Shown here: one piece after another, positions 15,899 to 20,000 of the stretch
How the letters are laid out: each line of letters opens with the position of its first letter
How positions within the stretch are numbered: position 1 is the stretch's first letter
Origin: an uncultured virus (IMG/VR IMGVR_UViG_3300042289_001232)
Taxonomy: Duplodnaviria > Heunggongvirae > Uroviricota > Caudoviricetes
Direction: 5' to 3' (one strand)
Virus record (IMG/VR): IMGVR_UViG_3300042289_001232
DNA length: 20,000 bases
Notes under the pieces: generated by a model
Database searches by the model: none
Told to the model about the DNA's origin: nothing
Seen by the model: the letters and a program-made list of their open reading frames with translations, nothing else
Made by a program: the position numbers and the translations under genes

Positions 15899-16456
15899 TT
15901 ACTCACCCGACCAAAATCGAATTGAATCGCAGTGTGTTTGATATTTGTTTTGAATAAACTGTTGATAACTTTGATAACTGTCTATGTTAGATTCAGATGT
16001 CCAAGAATCAAACCAACCAAAATGCCAATGTGAATTATTCGGTAAAGTCCAGTTTTCAATATCTTCATTAATTAATGTAAATTTTCCATTTCTTGGACAA
16101 TAAGGCCATACCAAATCTATAACATCTTGATTTTTTTCAATTATAGTGATTGATGTCACATTTTCATTATTCATGAGAAATTCGTTCACATATCCAACTC
16201 CAAGACCAGCAATAAGAACATCTCCAGTTGCGCCACTCCATAAAGGTTGGTGTTCTGCATATTCGCTATAAGTATCAGACATTACAAATTTTATATCATC
16301 ATGAAATAAAAAAGTATAATCGCCATATGGTTCTATTTTTCCCCCGCAAGGAGAACCCAAAATATCATTGTATATGGTATTAGAATCACCAGTGGCTTTT
16401 CTTATTGACCATTTACCAGAAGTTCCAATTGGAATATTTACTTTTATTCTGTTCAT
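15899..16456 (-). CDS. Class I SAM-dependent methyltransferase-fold protein (spermidine-synthase-like)
   Basis: Motif I GDVLIAGLGVG, motif II ITIIEKNQDVI, INEDI, and WFDSW. ATGA overlap with the upstream gene. Confidence 0.8.
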   Translation of the reverse strand: MNRIKVNIPIGTSGKWSIRKATGDSNTIYNDILGSPCGGKIEPYGDYTFLFHDDIKFVMSDTYSEYAEHQPLWSGATGDVLIAGLGVGYVNEFLMNNENVTSITIIEKNQDVIDLVWPYCPRNGKFTLINEDIENWTLPNNSHWHFGWFDSWTSESNIDSYQSYQQFIQNKYQTHCDSIRFWSGE

Positions 16457-17208
16457 CCATATGCCTTTATTCTTACTTGTCCTGCACCACCAGCACCGCC
16501 GTTTGCACTAGAACCTGATGCGTTATATCCACCACCACCACCGTTTCCGGGTTGAACTCCTGATTCGCCCACTGGGGTTGATAAGTTTCCTCCTGCGGCA
16601 ACAGTTGTATTTCCAAAAATAGCAGATCCCCCGTTGAGTGCTCCATTGCCACCGTTACTTGATGATGCACTTGGAGCACCACCATTAGATCCAGTTCCTC
16701 CGTTTGTGTTTACATCTCCATTAGATGCAACTCCAGCAGAACCACCTGAAGCAGTAGTGTTGTATGTTGATTCTGTTTCACCACCACCGCCACCACCAGC
16801 AGTTGGAACGCTCACAAATAATTGAGGAATGGAATCTTGAGTATGAGAATTAAGAGTTGTTGCTACTCCATTTCCACCAGAAGATGAACCGCTTCCAGCA
16901 GATCCTCCTGTACCTACGGTAAAGGACAGCGTATCTCCAGTTTTAAACCCGCCGTATAGACTACCTCTATAAGTGTATTTTACATACGCACCACCACCGC
17001 CACCACCACCGCCATGATATCTTGTATTTCTTCCAGAAGTTAATGTTCTCCCTGCTCCACCACCACCACCGCCACCAACTATTTCAATTTCAAGATAGAT
17101 TGTTCCGGCAGGAACTGTATAATTTTGTGTTCCTGTAGATGTTATATCTGTTGTTGATATTAGGCGAGGAGTACGAATATACCCCGCCTTGAATGATGGA
17201 ATTATCAT
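16453..17208 (-). CDS. Glycine-rich virion / tail-associated protein
   Basis: TVPAG...IEIVGGGGGGG...GGGGGAY...TVGTGG...GGAGGAGQVRI, the classic phage Gly-rich domain. Confidence 0.8.
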   Translation of the reverse strand: MIIPSFKAGYIRTPRLISTTDITSTGTQNYTVPAGTIYLEIEIVGGGGGGGAGRTLTSGRNTRYHGGGGGGGGAYVKYTYRGSLYGGFKTGDTLSFTVGTGGSAGSGSSSGGNGVATTLNSHTQDSIPQLFVSVPTAGGGGGGETESTYNTTASGGSAGVASNGDVNTNGGTGSNGGAPSASSSNGGNGALNGGSAIFGNTTVAAGGNLSTPVGESGVQPGNGGGGGYNASGSSANGGAGGAGQVRIKAYG

Positions 17209-18575
17209 GTGGATAGTGTTCCGGCAATGTTGTAAATATTGCTAGAATAAGATATAATAGTTGCAGCACCGTGCTGACCAGCAAGTTTCAATAATCCACC
17301 ATAACTATTCAATGTTACACCAGCAGCAGCAGTAAATCCTACTTGACCAGCACCTAATTGAATTGCTGTACAATTAAATCCAACAGGAAGTCCGGTTGGA
17401 ATTGTAACAGTAACGGCAGATCCATTGTTAAATGTTAGAATTTCCCCATTATCTGTGCTTAATAGAGAATATGTTGCACCTGTTTGCGTGTTAATTGCGC
17501 TTGAGGAAATTCTATATCCTGTATCAGAAGAGACTGTTCCTGCAAATGTTGCACCAGAAGAAGCACTCAATCCACCAGGAAGATTCAATGTTCCATAAAT
17601 TGTCGCTGATACTTGTGCTGTAGCACCAATAACTGCTGTGTTTGATCCAAGACCTAAAGCATTTGTTCCTATTACAATTTCGTTTGTTTGTCCGTTAGCA
17701 GATGCCCTTGACCACTGGCCAATATAAATTCCACCTGTCCCCGTTGTTCTGTTAAAAACAACATTTGGTTCTTCGTTATCTAAATCGTTTGGAAAAAGAA
17801 TATCTAAATCGCCACGATATGCTCCTGCTGCATGACCAATGGCAACATTTGCTACACCAGAACTATTCTTTTCTAAAGCCTGATAACCAATTGCTACATT
17901 TCTAAATCCAGTAGTAGTGTTTTGTAGAGAAGAAGATCCTATTGCAGTATTCTGATTGCTGTTTGTAGATTCAGAAAGCGCAAGATAACCTATGGCAACA
18001 TTAACGGAGCCATTTTCATTTTCATCTAGTGCGTTTGCTCCTATAGCAACATTATTGATTCCACCTTGAATATCTCTTGCTGCATGATATCCTATAGCAA
18101 CATTATTGATTGCACTAACAGAATCACGCATTGCCTCTCTACCTATGGCAACATTGAACGTTCCTGCCGGACATGCAGACATTCCAACCACTATACTATT
18201 GAGATCTCCTGCTGCTCCTTTTCCAACACGAATTCCGTGGATCGTTATATCACTTGCAAATGTTGCTCCTGCTCCTGAAATCCCCTGTGTGAATTGTTGC
18301 AATCCGGTGAATGTCTGTGCTGCGTTTATAAAGGCAACATTCGTGATTGCACCAGTAACACCATTCACAGAAGTCACAACTTGATCTGAGTGAGCAAATG
18401 CACCCGAGAGATCTTTGGTCTGTGATAAGGGAATCACATCACCATTTAGATTTTCAATGAATAATTTTTCATCTGCCACATTGATGGCAATTTCACCATA
18501 AGTCATTCCTGCGCCTGCGGGTGCGCCTGCGGGAGTGAGTGAGAAATAATGTTGAATTGTGCTTTGTTTTGACAT
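17205..18575 (-). CDS. Tail fibre / adhesin-like protein with ~14-aa NVAIG beta-roll repeats
   Basis: N-terminal GEIAINVADEKLFI anchor-type motif, VTSVNGVTG, repeated N[VT]AIG units, and C-terminal VTIPTGLPVGFNCTAIQLGAGQV domain. Confidence 0.85.
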   Translation of the reverse strand: MSKQSTIQHYFSLTPAGAPAGAGMTYGEIAINVADEKLFIENLNGDVIPLSQTKDLSGAFAHSDQVVTSVNGVTGAITNVAFINAAQTFTGLQQFTQGISGAGATFASDITIHGIRVGKGAAGDLNSIVVGMSACPAGTFNVAIGREAMRDSVSAINNVAIGYHAARDIQGGINNVAIGANALDENENGSVNVAIGYLALSESTNSNQNTAIGSSSLQNTTTGFRNVAIGYQALEKNSSGVANVAIGHAAGAYRGDLDILFPNDLDNEEPNVVFNRTTGTGGIYIGQWSRASANGQTNEIVIGTNALGLGSNTAVIGATAQVSATIYGTLNLPGGLSASSGATFAGTVSSDTGYRISSSAINTQTGATYSLLSTDNGEILTFNNGSAVTVTIPTGLPVGFNCTAIQLGAGQVGFTAAAGVTLNSYGGLLKLAGQHGAATIISYSSNIYNIAGTLST

Positions 18576-18585
18576 GGTCTATACC

Positions 18586-18592
18586 TATTTAG
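18586..18592 (-). promoter_or_regulatory. Late promoter box CTAAATA
   Basis: Contains the TAA of the upstream fibre gene and lies 10 nt before ATG 18575. Confidence 0.7.
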
Positions 18593-19998
18593 AAGGTTCC
18601 TCCAGCGATATTTCCGATAAATAAATTGGCACTTAAGTTTCCGTCGAATGTTCCACCGATAGAAAGTAAATATGTTGATGAAATGCCACTTGAAAATCTT
18701 TGCAACTCACTAAATATTTGAGTTGGCGCAGCAATATTTGTTCTTGCTATTGTTCCCTCCTCATTTGAATCCGCAATTCGCACATGACCACCAGAAGAAA
18801 CAATAAAATCTGCTGAATTGAATGAAGCGACCCCCGTGAGGCTTGTGGATGCCAGTCTATTAGTTAAAACAAATTGTCCTAGCGGACCATCTGGTGAATA
18901 TAGAATCGATTGATTGTCTGCTGTAAAATTTTCTGTGCTTAGGAAGATGAATGCACCCTCTTCATCAGTTCCAACTAAACTACCAACAGATCCAGAAACC
19001 ACTGTGGTGTTCAGACGAATCGACCCTGTGACAGATAATCCGGAGGGGAGTTGAAGTCTTCCTCTAATAAGAGTAGCGATACAGGCAGTATTACCAATTG
19101 TTGTTGTATTTGGTCCCAAACCTACATTATAACCATAAACATGTGTCGTTTGACCACCGAACAGGTTACTGCCTGCTGGAGATTTAGCCTCTGAAAGAGC
19201 ACCACCTATTACAATCTCGTTCCAAGAGTTCTTTACCCCGCCAACAGCCGCTACTATGCCTCTTGGCGCAGAATTTGAACCTATAAGAATACATCCAGTT
19301 AATGCTCTTGGAAATCCTTCGAAGGCTGCAAATCCTGCTCTACCACCCAAAAGAACATTATCACTTCCCTGATATATACTGCTCCCTGCTAGATATCCCA
19401 CCCCAACATTATTATAACCGATTTGTAGTTGATCGAAACACATTGCACCAATACCGCTGTTCGATGATAACAACGACAACCCCGTATAACCCGCTACAGG
19501 TTGTCCTAAACCCAAATCCATAAGACATCTTGATCCAATAGCAGTATTGTTGGAACCACTCATTCCCGTGTGCATTAGCGCATGAAATCCTACTGCAAGA
19601 TTACCATAGGATCCAGTTGCTGAATTGTTTAAAATTCCGTTGCCTACCACCAAATTCGGATAAAGTGCTTGAAGACTGTCTTTGAGATATGGACCTTGAC
19701 CAAATCCTATTCTAAAAGAGCCATCGCCCATAAACCCACTAGGAAATGCAATAAAAGAGCCGTCGTTTAGTTTCTTCCTAAAAACTATATGATTATCGAA
19801 GGTAGCACCAAACGATGAAATTCCAGCACTAAAATTTTGTCGAGCGGTATATGTGGTTTCTACTGTTGGTATGACTCCTGTGTTCGTTAAGGTCTTTGTG
19901 TTTCCATTAGTAGTAAAACTTAGTCCAGTTGATGCAAGAACTGTATCTCCTGTAACTTGATAGGGAGTAGTAAGATCAACAGCACCACTATTTACTGA
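18589..19998 (-). CDS. 5'-truncated tail fibre protein (begins beyond the window edge)
   Basis: Frame stays open upstream of ATG 19731 to the window end (SVNSGAVDLTTPYQVTG...). Contains NxAIG/NVGVG repeats, GVASFNSADFIVSSGGHV and a C-terminal GGTF. Confidence 0.85.
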   Translation of the reverse strand, partial: SVNSGAVDLTTPYQVTGDTVLASTGLSFTTNGNTKTLTNTGVIPTVETTYTARQNFSAGISSFGATFDNHIVFRKKLNDGSFIAFPSGFMGDGSFRIGFGQGPYLKDSLQALYPNLVVGNGILNNSATGSYGNLAVGFHALMHTGMSGSNNTAIGSRCLMDLGLGQPVAGYTGLSLLSSNSGIGAMCFDQLQIGYNNVGVGYLAGSSIYQGSDNVLLGGRAGFAAFEGFPRALTGCILIGSNSAPRGIVAAVGGVKNSWNEIVIGGALSEAKSPAGSNLFGGQTTHVYGYNVGLGPNTTTIGNTACIATLIRGRLQLPSGLSVTGSIRLNTTVVSGSVGSLVGTDEEGAFIFLSTENFTADNQSILYSPDGPLGQFVLTNRLASTSLTGVASFNSADFIVSSGGHVRIADSNEEGTIARTNIAAPTQIFSELQRFSSGISSTYLLSIGGTFDGNLSANLFIGNIAGGTF

Positions 19999-20000
19999 GA

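Noticed and set aside
15899..16456. DNA methyltransferase / restriction-modification
   Set aside because: No catalytic DPPY/NPPY/PCQ motif, and it is too short to include a target-recognition domain.
231..19523. Numerous short antisense or alternate-frame ORFs in the track (e.g. 231-671, 3590-3808, 10445-10858, 14276-15570)
   Set aside because: They shadow well-supported genes and lack SD or promoter support and recognisable motifs.
16453..20000. Diversity-generating retroelement acting on tail fibres
   Set aside because: No reverse transcriptase and no template/variable repeat pair differing at adenines is visible in the window.
1..20000. Stop-codon reassignment
   Set aside because: Core genes are full length in the standard code, and TAA, TGA and TAG all occur as plausible stops.

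Overview
Fragment of a T4-like (myovirus-type) bacteriophage genome, most similar in content to environmental or aquatic T4-like phages; the host is not identifiable from the window. It holds the 3' part of a probable tape-measure/baseplate-hub gene with a perfect 45-bp tandem repeat. A replication/recombination/late-transcription block follows: gp32 SSB, gp33, a PD-(D/E)XK exonuclease, an FmdB Zn-ribbon protein, RNase H, a RuvC-like resolvase, UvsY, UvsW, gp55, gp47 and gp46. There are also two Sm-like-fold paralogues, an accessory late operon (CxxC membrane protein, CxC protein, HExxH protein), an unannotated 37-aa membrane peptide, a class II (B12-dependent) ribonucleotide reductase, and a tail-fibre cluster ending in a translationally coupled SAM-dependent methyltransferase. 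The regulatory grammar is unusually readable. Five sigma70-like promoters share a 16-bp spacer, about ten gp55-type late boxes (TATAAATA, CTAAATA or ATAAATA) are visible, and several genes appear leaderless. A candidate ~60-nt late small RNA lies behind gp32, and an AGTACT palindrome cluster lies upstream of gp55. All calls come from motif recognition by eye; no database search was run.
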